NCBI GenBank assembly: GCA_000320545.1
Contig: ADNK01003065.1
Location: 1 to 64,000 of the forward strand
Direction: 5' to 3'
Source of the DNA: Bigelowiella natans CCMP2755
Lineage: Eukaryota; Protista; Cercozoa
DNA: 64,000 nt
In this document: positions 27,828-39,695 of the stretch, piece by piece
Layout: every line of letters starts with the position of its first letter
Position numbering within the stretch: the first letter of the stretch is position 1
Position numbers and translations under genes: made by a program
Notes under the pieces: generated by a model
What the model saw: only the letters and a program-made list of their open reading frames with translations
Databases searched by the model: none
What the model was told of the DNA's origin: nothing

Positions 27828-27898
27828 GTCCTTGTAGTTCAACGGTAGAATCTCACGTTGTGGCCGTGAAGATCGGGGCTCGATTCCCCGCAAGGACA
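27828..27898 (+). tRNA. tRNA-His (GUG)
   Basis: Acceptor stem GTCCTTG/CAAGGAC, D arm GTTC/GAAT, anticodon stem TCACG/CGTGA with loop TT-GTG-GC, T arm CGGGG/CCCCG, A73. Pol III terminator TTTTT at 27901-27905. Confidence 0.93.
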
Positions 27899-27900
27899 TA

Positions 27901-27905
27901 TTTTT
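27901..27905 (+). terminator. RNA polymerase III oligo-T terminator of tRNA-His
   Basis: T5 run beginning 3 nt after the discriminator base. Confidence 0.7.
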
Positions 27906-28550
27906 ATTCTGTCAGCAGTTAGAAAGCGACTTATTTTTTTTTTAATGCGCCTTTTTTTTGCATTTTCGTTGTCACGGAATTGTCTCTGAGGTATCTCTCC
28001 AAGGTCTCTGACATTCTCCTGTAGTCTCCAAAGATCTCTCAATGATCTCCAATAATCTCCGTGTGACTTGGAACAGAACAGAGCTCTTTGTTCTGTTCAG
28101 GCAGTTCGAAGCAACGAGGAGAGAAGATCCGTGGGTTGGGTACGAAGAGAAACAAAAGCTACCTGAAAGTGAACGGGCGGATATAAGCATGATTGCCAAT
28201 TCCTTTAGCGCAAAGGGTTCGAATTGACGGACAGGGGAGGGAGCAATCTCCTAACCACGTCACCGGTTCGGAAATGCGGGAAAATAAAGCACATTATCGT
28301 TACGGGTCTATCCCGCAGACTAACTCGGGTAACCATGCTCATTCCTTATAATATAAGAACTATTGAGTGAGTGATCTCACTATCTAATTACAGAAGAGCT
28401 CGGCAAATCATCATTACATTCGACCAAATCAGAACCTTATTCGCATAACACCTGCAACAACACGGTCAGTACTGATTATGTGACATGGGCATTTTCTTCC
28501 ATAATACTTTCTCTTCTATCAATTTGTCTTCTTAATACTTTTTGGTTGCG

Positions 28551-31168
28551 ATGCAGCGGCTTCGAATATGTGTAGTTGCCGCCTGCTTCTTCGTTCTGTC
28601 CTTCGTGGCAAATGAGGTGGGACACCAAGAACGGGAAACTACTGCTACTGCAGCAACAGTGGCGGAGGTAGCGGGCATGTCCAACAACGAGTTACACGCC
28701 ATCAGTAGCTTACATGACATTTGGAGTGATCGACGAAAGGATTCCTATCATTCTACGCATAACGACCATAACAAACGGCGGCCGTTAGTGCTGGCTCCCT
28801 CATGGGTACCGTTCCTAGTGCCTTGGACATCTCCCTACTCCAGAAGGAGGATTCAAGATGAAGCAGGAACAACTTTGGAAGGAGGCGGAGAACAAGAAGA
28901 AGAAGAAGAAGAACTGATAGTGCAGCAACAGCAGCAGCATAAATCTGGACATGTTGATAACACCAGCAGTAGCATCATCCATGGTGAAAGGGGTGGTGGA
29001 ATCACCGATAAATCAGTCGTCGATGACACAACCACAAGGGAGGTGAGTGTTGCAATTGCAATCTAGGAAATATTATCGTATCGTAATGTTACCGATCTTC
29101 CCTTTGCTCTGTCTCTATACATTGAGAATCATCAAATGATGTTTTCGTGGTAAAAACGTAGGCCGCTTCTACAATTTCTCACTGGTTCAAGTTCATAATG
29201 ATACAGGTCTTGTTCACTGTATTTGATAGCAGCAGGAACAGCAGCAGTATCTTATTGTGGCAGAACTTACCTCCTCCTGACATTAATGAATATCTTTTAC
29301 TGTTTGTTTGTATCTCTAGCCAATGTGGGTGCTCATCGGTCTGGCAACTGGTCTCGTTTTAGGAGCTTCAATTCCCTTGATTATGTGTAATATTTCCTGC
29401 TTCATTCATGTGCACTATCCGACGATACTAAAACAGGAGATCGATTTATTTCTCTAATATTCGAGTAATTGACCATTGACACTACCCCTTTTGGTCTTTT
29501 TATCATTATCTTCTTCTTCTTCATGTGTAGGTATGCGATGTGTCTGCTTGTTTACAAGGCAGCCAATGCATCACCATCACCACCATCACCATCATCGATC
29601 CACGCTTCCGTTTAGCAGGTAACACCATGCTAGTACAGAAGGATATTGTGATAGTCTGCTTTACCAGTAGATACTTAAAATGCTGTTTGGAGCTTGCGAC
29701 TCTGTTCATCTATGTTGATTCCCTTGAAAAAGATAAGCAAATCGATACTCGGGTGCCCAAATTTGTTTCTTTATGTAATAGCTAGTAGTCCTGTTGCAGC
29801 CCAGCTTAACAGGCAACCAAGCTTTTTACGTCTTCTCCTTGCTTCTTCACCGTATTATTATTCATCATACTTCAAGGATGTGGGATTGGCTGGATGAAGG
29901 GTCTGATGAAGACCGCAAGAGGATCACAATGATGAGTCTACAAGGAGGCTGCAGCTTGTTTGAATCAGGTAGTAAGTGTAGTAGCATTTATAGTGGTGGT
30001 GGTGGTGGTGGTGGGAAGTAGTAGTGGTAGAAGTTACACAGGGCATTTATGATGACAAGCGGCCCATATTGTCAAAGTGAATTTTGTTGTTGAAGTTTCT
30101 TTTCCTCATTTGTACAATCATGATGATGATGATGTATGATTGTAAGGAAACCATTAATTACTATTATACTGCCAAATAATAACTGATCAACTGGTGAACA
30201 TAAATAAGGGCGAAAATGCAAGGAAGTTCCATCAAACAACATGAGAGGACAGGCATGGGCTGCACTGATCGGAAACAAGCTTATTGTAACACCAGAGGTA
30301 TGTAGAGCAAACAAAGGAAGAATAAAGAACTAAAGAATCAGGAATCAAATCGGAAATTTCATGATCAGCAGGATCTTTGATTGATCATTCATCCATTCGT
30401 GCTCAATATCCATTGATGGAATGCATCGGTCACGTCGATGATGATGATGATACACATTGTAGTATACATACCGATACTGATGAAAACGTTCATCTGCTTA
30501 CTGTTGGCAGCTTTATCGCATTTGTGATCAACTTGCTCGTGACGCAATCGAAGGACAGCAGCGTTCTAGAGCCATACCTGACACTAAATCGGACGGAAGA
30601 GTAGTAGCTGCTGCCCCTAAAAATGGCAAAAGCAAGCATCATCATCAGGTTATAAGTCATGGACTACATTATACACATTTCATCATCATCATCATCATCA
30701 TTGATCGATCCTCTTGAGAAAAGCAATCCCACGATATGATCAATATTTCTCCAAAAGTTGTGAGTGCCAAACTCGTTCATTTTCTTTCTTCTTCTGGCAA
30801 TATAGGATCATCGCAATTCCCGTGATGGAGAGGAAAGGTTAGCAGGAGAGGAAGGAGGAAGTCGAACAAATGGTGCTGACGATAACATTGGAAACAAAGG
30901 GGGGGGAAGTGGCCATTTGAAACAGCACGCTATATACTCAGCTGCTGCCAAAAATCGTAATGGTAGTGGATATCCCAGCAGCAGCAGCAGCGATGATGTC
31001 ATCGTTGATGATGGTGCAAATGGCGAGAGCGGCGGAGAAGCAGCAACTCAAGCAGATGATAGGAGAACAACGCAAGAAACAGCAGCAGCAGCAGCAGCAA
31101 CGAAAGCATGGTGGCGTCATGGAAGAAGGTGGGACTTTTGTGTCATCCTCCATCAGTCTTTGCGTCGT

Positions 31169-31200
<32 letters not shown>

Positions 31201-31214
31201 CCTCTCTCTCTATC

Positions 31215-31251
<37 letters not shown>

Positions 31252-31487
31252 TCTGCATTGTGACAACGGAACAAGTCGATGATTTCACTGCCACCGTCGT
31301 GTCTTCTCTTGCATTTATATATCATCGTCTTAAAAGTAAGACATGATACTTAGCTTGTTATGGTGCGTGTTGTTGTTTTTGACTTTCGATCGGTTCAGAT
31401 ACGAAAAGGGAATGATTCTTGGTAGCATTGGTACTGTATACGATATACATCAAGGTAGTTTGTAAGCAGTATAAATCACATCAACCC

Positions 31488-31532
<45 letters not shown>

Positions 31533-32923
31533 ATGCAATTCCATCACACGATTATGAGATCGATGGTGCCAGATAGTTGATGATGACGATGATGATGATG
31601 ATGACACAACTCTAATGCTAACAGATATTTCGAGGACATATGTTGGCAGACCTGGATTCTCCGCAACAACAACAATAACAACGACGACATCATCATCATC
31701 ATCATCGATATCTCTATCGTCCTCTCACAACCAAGAGGTCAAAGAGTCGCTACTTCCGGCTGGTAGCTGCAACAACAAATGCAATGCAATGGAGCACATA
31801 CTAAGGGCATATTGCTTTTATCGTCCAGATGTTGGGTGAGTGAGTCAGTGATTGATTGATTAATTGATTGCCTGATGTTGTGCATTGCAAGTTACGAATA
31901 GTAAGCTGCTGCTACTAGGGTAGAGATTTGATGATGCTTCTGATGACTGTGGGGTGCTGCTGCTACTTCTGACTACTGACACATACATGCACTTCCTGGA
32001 ATACAGGGAAATAAATGTGCTAATAGTGGTGATGATGATGATGATAATGATGATAATGATGACGATGATGATAATGATGATGGAATTAGCATCTCGGATC
32101 TTCTGCTTCTTTTTGTTCTTCTTCTCTTTTCTACCTAAGCAGACCTTCATCATCATCCTCCTCTTCTTTCTCATTTACAAATCTAGGTACATGCAAGGAA
32201 TGAGCTACCTAGTTGGCCATTTGCTTCTTTATATGGATGAGTACACTGCTTTTGTGGCATTTTCAAACTTGCTGTCGAAGTAATTGATAGTAGTAAAAAT
32301 AGTAGTAGTAGTAGTAGTAGTAGTAGTAGCGGTGCTAGTAGTAGAAGCAGTGGTAGTACTAACGGATATAAGGGGCGGGTAATAGTTCCTTTTCTGATGG
32401 ATTAGCAGCAGTAATTGTACCAGTAGTAGTGGTAGTACCATATTTGGTTTTTTTAATTATAATGATGATGATTATGATGATGATGATGATGATGTTACGG
32501 ATGAGTGTAATGTGATGATAAATCATCATCAGGCCTTTTCTAAACGCATTCTATATGAGCGGATCTGTGGTACAAATATCTATGGAGAGCCGACTGGCTG
32601 TCTTCGATCACATGTAATAGTGATATAATAATCAAAATAATAAGAAGGGGGGTGTTGTCAGTTCTGGTGGTGATGATGATAATGATAGTCAACCAGAAGG
32701 ATGCTGACATATTATTTGTATTCTCCAAACAAGGTTTCGAATGAATCTTCCAAAGTTGCACACGCAACTGAAGAACTCAGACGTGCCCATTCGCCTATAC
32801 TTCTTTCAATGGGCACTCACTCTTTTTGCAAAAGTAATTCATTATTCTGTGATAGATGTAGAAGTGATGGTGATGATGATGATGATGATGACAATGCTAA
32901 CTAGCATGATGTGCGGAAAATCA

Positions 32924-32962
<39 letters not shown>

Positions 32963-33138
32963 GAGAAGTCATCGTTTCTTGGACCACCTAGTACCATCAT
33001 GATATTACTACGCATATGTTAATGATGTAAGTATTCATCATCCTTCAAATTGATTATCCATTAGGTATTTCCTTTCGAGACTTTATCGTACGTATGGCAT
33101 GGTTATTTTGTGGAAGGAGAGGTTCATCTCTATAAGGT

Positions 33139-33170
<32 letters not shown>

Positions 33171-33308
33171 TATTCGTGCATAATCTTTTGCTTACACCTA
33201 CTTCTATTGCTACCACCAAAAAAGGTTGGCGTCTCTCTGCTAAAGATCATAGAGAAGGTCACACACTCAAACCGATGATGATATAGTTATCAATAGTCGC
33301 AATGGTAT

Positions 33309-33344
<36 letters not shown>

Positions 33345-33415
33345 CGTTGCAAGCGTGTGGTTTTATCATCATCATCATCATCATCATCATCATTCTCATC
33401 GTGATATATGTATAC

Positions 33416-33456
<41 letters not shown>

Positions 33457-34056
33457 TCAACTCGTTTGTTGGCATTCACTGTTCAAAGATCCCGTATCTC
33501 ACTGACTAAAGCCACAAACGCCATTTACGCGCAACAAAACAAGAAATGGGATATAGAGAGGGGGGAGGGAGATAGAGATTTGCCATTGGTTGCATGATGA
33601 ACCAGCTTTCACGAATAGTCTCTCCTTATTACTACTACCATCAGAGCATCACAAACAAGCCTTTACGAGTGATTTTCGATGAACTCACGTCACCAGGTGA
33701 TGTTCTTTTCATATGCATATGTATGTGTGCGTGTTTGTGTGTGTATCATGAATGCTCTTTGGCGCGTCGTTTGAGCAGTAGTGTGTAGGTTGATAGATTA
33801 TCACTGTAGTAGCAGCATAATGACGTCTTTATTCATATTTGTTCCAAATAAAAGGAGGAGGGAAAATCAGCACGAAAGAGCTCATGAAGGCGATGACGGG
33901 GTAGTTATCATCATAAAAATAGTTAGAGTAGTAGTTGTAGTCCTGGTAGCAGGAACTAAAGCTAAAGTAGGAGATATGCTTGCGAACAATCACGACAACG
34001 ATGATAACCATGATGATGATAATGATAATGATTACCGTGGAATATATGCATTTCTC

Positions 34057-34093
<37 letters not shown>

Positions 34094-34352
34094 CTACCTC
34101 TTCTCCCCACACTATTCTTTCTTTCTTAATCTGACAACAAAACTACTACTATGATTTGCAAATGATGATAGGATTCGAGTGACTACCAGCGTAAATGCTG
34201 AGTTTGAACGTCTCCGTACTACTCGCGCTCTGGTCTCAAATAATCACGATGACAATAATAGCAGAGGCGGGGGAAATGCTTCTAAAACTGTTGATGAGGA
34301 GACCGCAGCAGTCGTCCCTGCAGGCGCAAGAAATGCTACTTATTCCAGATAA
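28551..34352 (+). CDS. TBC-domain Rab GTPase-activating protein with N-terminal signal peptide and transmembrane segment (multi-exon)
   Basis: MRGQAWAALIGN, DIHQ-DISRT (R finger), ILRAYCFYRPDVGYMQGMSYL (Q finger), LPKLHTQLKNSDVPIRLYFFQWALTLFAKVFPFETLSYVWHGYFVEG. N-terminal MQRLRICVVAACFFVLSFVA and MWVLIGLATGLVLGASIPLIMC. Stop TAA at 34350-34352. Confidence 0.85.
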
Positions 34353-35492
34353 TAGCGAAAGTAGTGATAAGTGGTAGAAGTAGTAGTAGCAGCAGCAGCG
34401 CCGGGCAGCAACAACATCTAGAGATATTGTAATAACTGGTCATTCGTGCATATGTATATTGCAACACCAGCAAGTCACGTGTAACATCTAGAGATTATGC
34501 ACTACAGACAATATGTATTATCAGATTTAGGCTGCCATGCAGTGACATTTATCAAAAAGCAGAATGCTAGATTAATGTTTGTGCAAGCTTTGTCACTCAG
34601 CACTTTAGAGATCAAGATAGCTATAATACCCTGCTAATCTCTGCTAGATCTGTTAGTAAACGCACATGTGTGCATACGATCTGTTACTATGTATTATGAC
34701 CTTACAAATGCACTTTAGCTGCTGAATTCTGTTGTCATAATTGATTTTGCTACAGCGTAGCGAGTATCTAGGTATACATCATGACAGGGGCATGTAAGAC
34801 GGATGCAATGGAAATGGAATAAATTAAATTTGTTCAATGGTCATCCTTAATCTAGTAATCTCATGTAGCTAGCTGTGCAATGCTAGAATGCAGCGGCTGC
34901 AACGCCAATGTTGCATGAATCTGTTGGTCTCCGTTATGATGTGTTTCATGCAACCAAATGCATGTTGTCTCGGTCTTGAATGTGAAATCCTGCGTATACG
35001 GCGCTATGCGCGTCTGCATCCCTACGTACACCACTGCCTGTCGCGCGCTACTCGATCTATGCTAATCATAAAGAGCATGATGCATGCTGGCTCATGACAG
35101 AACCATGCCAGCGCTGCTGCTGCAATAAATTGAAAGCCGTTTGTAATTTTAGGAGCTTGCATCGCACGGCTCATTGTATTGTGCACAAGGCGACGACACA
35201 ATCTGCAATGCCATGATCTGCTAAGCATTAAATGATCTGTACTGTGGCAATTAATAGTCACACTGTCATGCATTACACGCCATGATACTATTTATTGACT
35301 ATCATGCAGCATCTCGTTCAATGTTGCTACCAACGATGCAGCTACACAGCACATTTCGGCCTATTTGCTGTGATCGAGTGCATGTGTATGCTACTCACGG
35401 TAGCACAATTAATAAACAGCTACATTCAAGCTACTAATTTATAAAGACGACGTTAACATGCAGCTGGCATGCACTTGGGCGATATACTACTG

Positions 35493-38212
35493 TTATTCAA
35501 TTTTTTCGAATCTGATGTCGATGATCACATAGCCGGAGACACGGCTTACACCAAAGCATCCCAAAAGGTTTGTGCAGTACTTAGCCCTCTTTTTGTCTGC
35601 GGCGGCTAATATCTTGTTCGGCGCGCCTGATTTTGGGTCGATGACTAGATCTTTCCAGCTAACACTGGTTGTATGACCATCATCTTGCAACGGTATATGC
35701 AATCCTACAGGTTCAGTGCTCGAGATTCCACTGAGATTTATGCGAGCCTGGATATTAACAAATGAATAGTAATAACACGATTAGGAGATGTGACTGACAT
35801 GTATAATAGTAGTGAAATGCTCCTTCTTCTAGTACCCCTCTTTCCCCCCTCCACCCCTCACGTCGTCTTTCGTGGTGGACTCATTCTCCTTGTCGTCATC
35901 AATTAATCTTAATACTTATTTTCATACCTTTCCCAACAAATCGTCATCAGATATGAGATCTTCGTCCCAAACCTGGTGTGCATAAATATAAAGATGGTGA
36001 TGATTATGGTGGTGGTGGTGATGATGATAATATGGTTTATTCATTGATCAAAGTGCCTGGTTGATGTTGAGCAGCGGTCATATGCCCCTCCAATTATCAC
36101 AACAAATGTTCAGCAATACCTCAATCTCAAGCTCGTGCTTCGACTCTCCAGTCCAAGACAAAATTAGCTTCTCATTCCATTCTGCAGCACATGTGTCATT
36201 ATCCCCATCGTAATGATCATCGTAATCGTTGCAGTAGGTAGCACCGACTCCACAACACGCAGGACAAACACGCATATATACAACGCTGTAGCATCGAAAC
36301 AAGATTTTTTTATTGTTATCTGGTATACGAGGACGATGACCTGGATTGAGGCATTGTGTGACCGTCTTACTCTTCACTGTCTGTCTCCCAATACGAATCT
36401 TCACGTAAGGATCACTGCATATGTTATGTTGTTGACGACGACAAGAAAGGATATAACATACAGTTATTGTGGTGAGAAGTAGACTACCAAGAAGGAGGAG
36501 GAGACCCAACTACCCAGTCCCCATTCAAACTCCTCCAACAGTTACAATTTACACTTACCAAAGCATTTGCCATCTTATTGTTACATACATCCCAAACCAC
36601 CACCACCACTACTTCTCTCAGCAGAACACTACCTGCTCCCTCCAATATCGCTAGCGGCAAGATTTTTTGCCTTGGTGAGAGTCACGAACACTACACCCTG
36701 AAATTCAGTCTAGAAACAAGGCGCCGTCTATCTCAAATAAGATATGCAAACTGCTACTTCACCATCTTCCCCCTCCCCCCCCTTTCGCCATGCCCGTGTC
36801 CCCTCTCTTAGGAGCGGGGGTGTGTAGGATACTTATTATATACGACCATTCCAACGTTGTTAGCCTCCACATCTCCGTTGAGAACAGCTGCACTGATCAT
36901 GCCATCTTGGCCCTTTTTCCTCTCTTGGATGTGTTTGCCATAGAGAGAAGGTCGGCGTGTTTGGTTGTCACCCTCTCCTATCACCAACATTGAGGGAAAA
37001 TAAAATTAGTGGAAGAAGAAGACACGAGCAGCAGTAGCGATATGATTGACATAGCATAACTTATTACCTTTGCGAAAGAGTTTGTCTTGATATTTTGCCT
37101 TGATATAGCTCTCACGGTAAGATCTTGGTTCGTCTTCAACAGGCTTATACCACTTCGAGGGCACGTGGTATCTATAATCCAAAGAAGATCAAGAAGAAGA
37201 GAATTGAATTCATGATTTAATTTATCATCCCTGCTCCAAAATATGAGGACTCTGCACTCGCTCTTTCCTCTCTACTTCTTCTTCTTCACAAAGTATATAC
37301 TTATCATTCATACAAGATTCGTGTTGCTCTAGAATAGCACTGCTGCAGCAATCGCTTGCAACCCCCACTATTGTTGTATTACTCGTATTCGATATTTTGG
37401 TGGTCGTTGGAAATGCCAGAGGTGAGAGTTTGTAGCCATTTCCGTTTCCATTTGGTGTCCAGTGTAATGGATTGGACGAAGGATATGTGCACCCCCATCG
37501 AACGATGTACGCCTTAGAGCAGCAGCGATATAAAACAACCCCAAATAAATATTATGTATACACACACACACACACACATACACACACACACATATATGTA
37601 TAGATATATACACATATTATATTCCGCGATGAGAGGGGGGAGGGGAGACCAAAACGGTATTCTGTATATCTTTTTTTATAGCCAAACAAAGTAGTTGCAT
37701 CTTGCAGTTATTACCGGCACAGTTCGTGCAGAGGAAAATCCCAAGATTGACTGAAGCCCAGGAACATTCTGTTGGGGTTGAGCAGCAGCAGTTTTTCAGC
37801 AGTGGCAGGTAGGTGGGGGAGAGCAGTTTTTCAGCAGTAGTAGGTCATATGGGAATGGCCAAACGATCTGGGCTGTTTTCCTTGTAATTCACTATATTTC
37901 TCTCACGAGTACAGATCACACACACACACACACACGTAGCATTCTCCCCCCCCCAGCTCCCAGTTGCAGAACATATTGACGAACTTTTGGAGGAGCAATC
38001 AGCGCAAAACTCATTCCCGTTTCGCTGCAATAAGCTTTGTAGCGTTTTCCTGGCTTCATCGACGCTTACCACCTCGTTAGGATCTAAATTAAGAAAAAGG
38101 CGTTTGGTTTTCATCGTCAAGTAACATTAGGAAGGAGTCAGCAGCAGGTAAAAAATCTCTCAGGAGCACCTAAGTGGCTCTTCTCATCCTTGGGCTCATC
38201 TTTCGTCGCCAT
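35493..38212 (-). CDS. ArfGAP with C-terminal C2 domain (ArfGAPC2 / plant ZAC-AGD11-13-like)
   Basis: [48 protein letters not shown] (CX2CX16CX2CX4R), YIKAKY. C2 domain: AKNLAASDIGGSSDPYVKIRIGRQTVKSKTVTQCLNPEWNEKL...VWDEDLISDDDLLGK. Confidence 0.92.
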
Positions 38213-38704
38213 CCTTAACACAGAATGAAGTGCGGTCCGGGTTAGGTAGTGAACACGTCGCTTGCAATCGAGTAGGCTAGTGTCACAGGGTGGGGGAGGA
38301 GACTGGGTTGTCAGGAAACCAACAATCACAACTTCTTTTTTCTTTTTTTTCACCTTTTTCCGATTCATGTTGTTCAAAATTCAGAGAAAATACCCAGAAA
38401 CTTCCCAAAATTTTTGTACTTCTCGAACTCCATGGAGCTCCTAAGTTAATTCTCTCTGTGTGTGTGTTTTTTCAGGTGATGCACGGCGAACATCGCGTCG
38501 AATTTGGAGCCATCCTAAATGGAAACATCAGGAAAGTCAACGATTTTCTCCCAGAAATTCAAGCAATGAATGATCATCATTGATCGTCATCATCAGTCCA
38601 TGTAGATTGTGCAGGTAGGTTCCGAGCAGGTGTAATTTCTGCCCAATCAGAAGTCACAATCAGGATCCATTTTAGTCGATGTCAGCATGTGATGGTTTTG
38701 CCTA

Positions 38705-39368
38705 GTCAGAATGAATGGGCCTGATCACAACCGCCACACATCCCCTCTGTTGATGGTTCTGCGTGTCAGGTGCACTTCACAAATCCACAATTTGCACATC
38801 CCAACCTCAACAGCTCAGGTTTGACGTCATTTGCAGCAGACGAGCAAACTGGAATTGAATCTGCTGGTTGGGATTGACACAGCTTGATTTTGGGAGTCAT
38901 GCAAGAGGTCGAACAGTTGCTTTTGGCACATCACAACGTGGCCACTTGCGGAGTGCAAATTGGACTCAGTGCGTGCAACGTGCTCTGATCGGAATGTGCA
39001 AGCGCACGGTGCTCAGAATGTTCACAAGGTGTTCTGGTTCAGTTTTCGCGCACACAAGTGCGCAAGTTGCAGACGCAACCTGGCAACGCTTTCATCGTGT
39101 TTTCAACAGCTTTCGAGCATGCCTTCCAAAGTGCCATGAAAACGCACTTTTTCCCGTCGGTGATGCGCAAAAAGGCGTGATGGAAGTCCATCGCGCAACT
39201 CGATCATTCACGCTCGGCGTGGCTCACGTGAGCTTCAGGCGTGTTGGCGTGGGCCCCAAGATGCTGCCAGGCACCCGCAGCTTGCCAGACCCAGCCCACA
39301 GCCAACAGCTGGCGAATTGGTGTTGTGTGGCCACTTTTGACCAGGTGTGGGATGAATGAGACCAGCGC
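38705..39368. other. TpA-free intergenic tract
   Basis: No TA dinucleotide between CCTAG (TA at 38703) and GCTAG (TA at 39369), by hand scan. Confidence 0.9.
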
Positions 39369-39695
39369 TAGCCAGTCTAGCAGTGCAACTGCACGCTGTG
39401 CACAAGGCTGGACATGCTTGGCACGTGACATCGCGCGATCGACGCTGTTGTCTCAGTGAATGCGCCTGACGTCGTGTCCGAGCGACAATGTAACCGCAGC
39501 CGTTGAGGTGTGCATTGATCACACCAGTGCGTTGCGTGCACATGAGAAGACAATGAACAACACATGTGATCATGCGCAAGCCAGAGCATCGCAATCCGCC
39601 AGAGAACGCATCAGCACGTACACACGGGACCAGGCCGCACGTGCATGCATCTCTGCAATGAACTCCTTCGATCATGAAGCTGACAACATGGGTCG

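Noticed and set aside
38705-39368. CpG-methylation decay or classical RIP as the cause of the TG/CA excess
   Set aside because: CpG remains abundant and TpA is absent. CpG decay depletes CG, and RIP increases TA.
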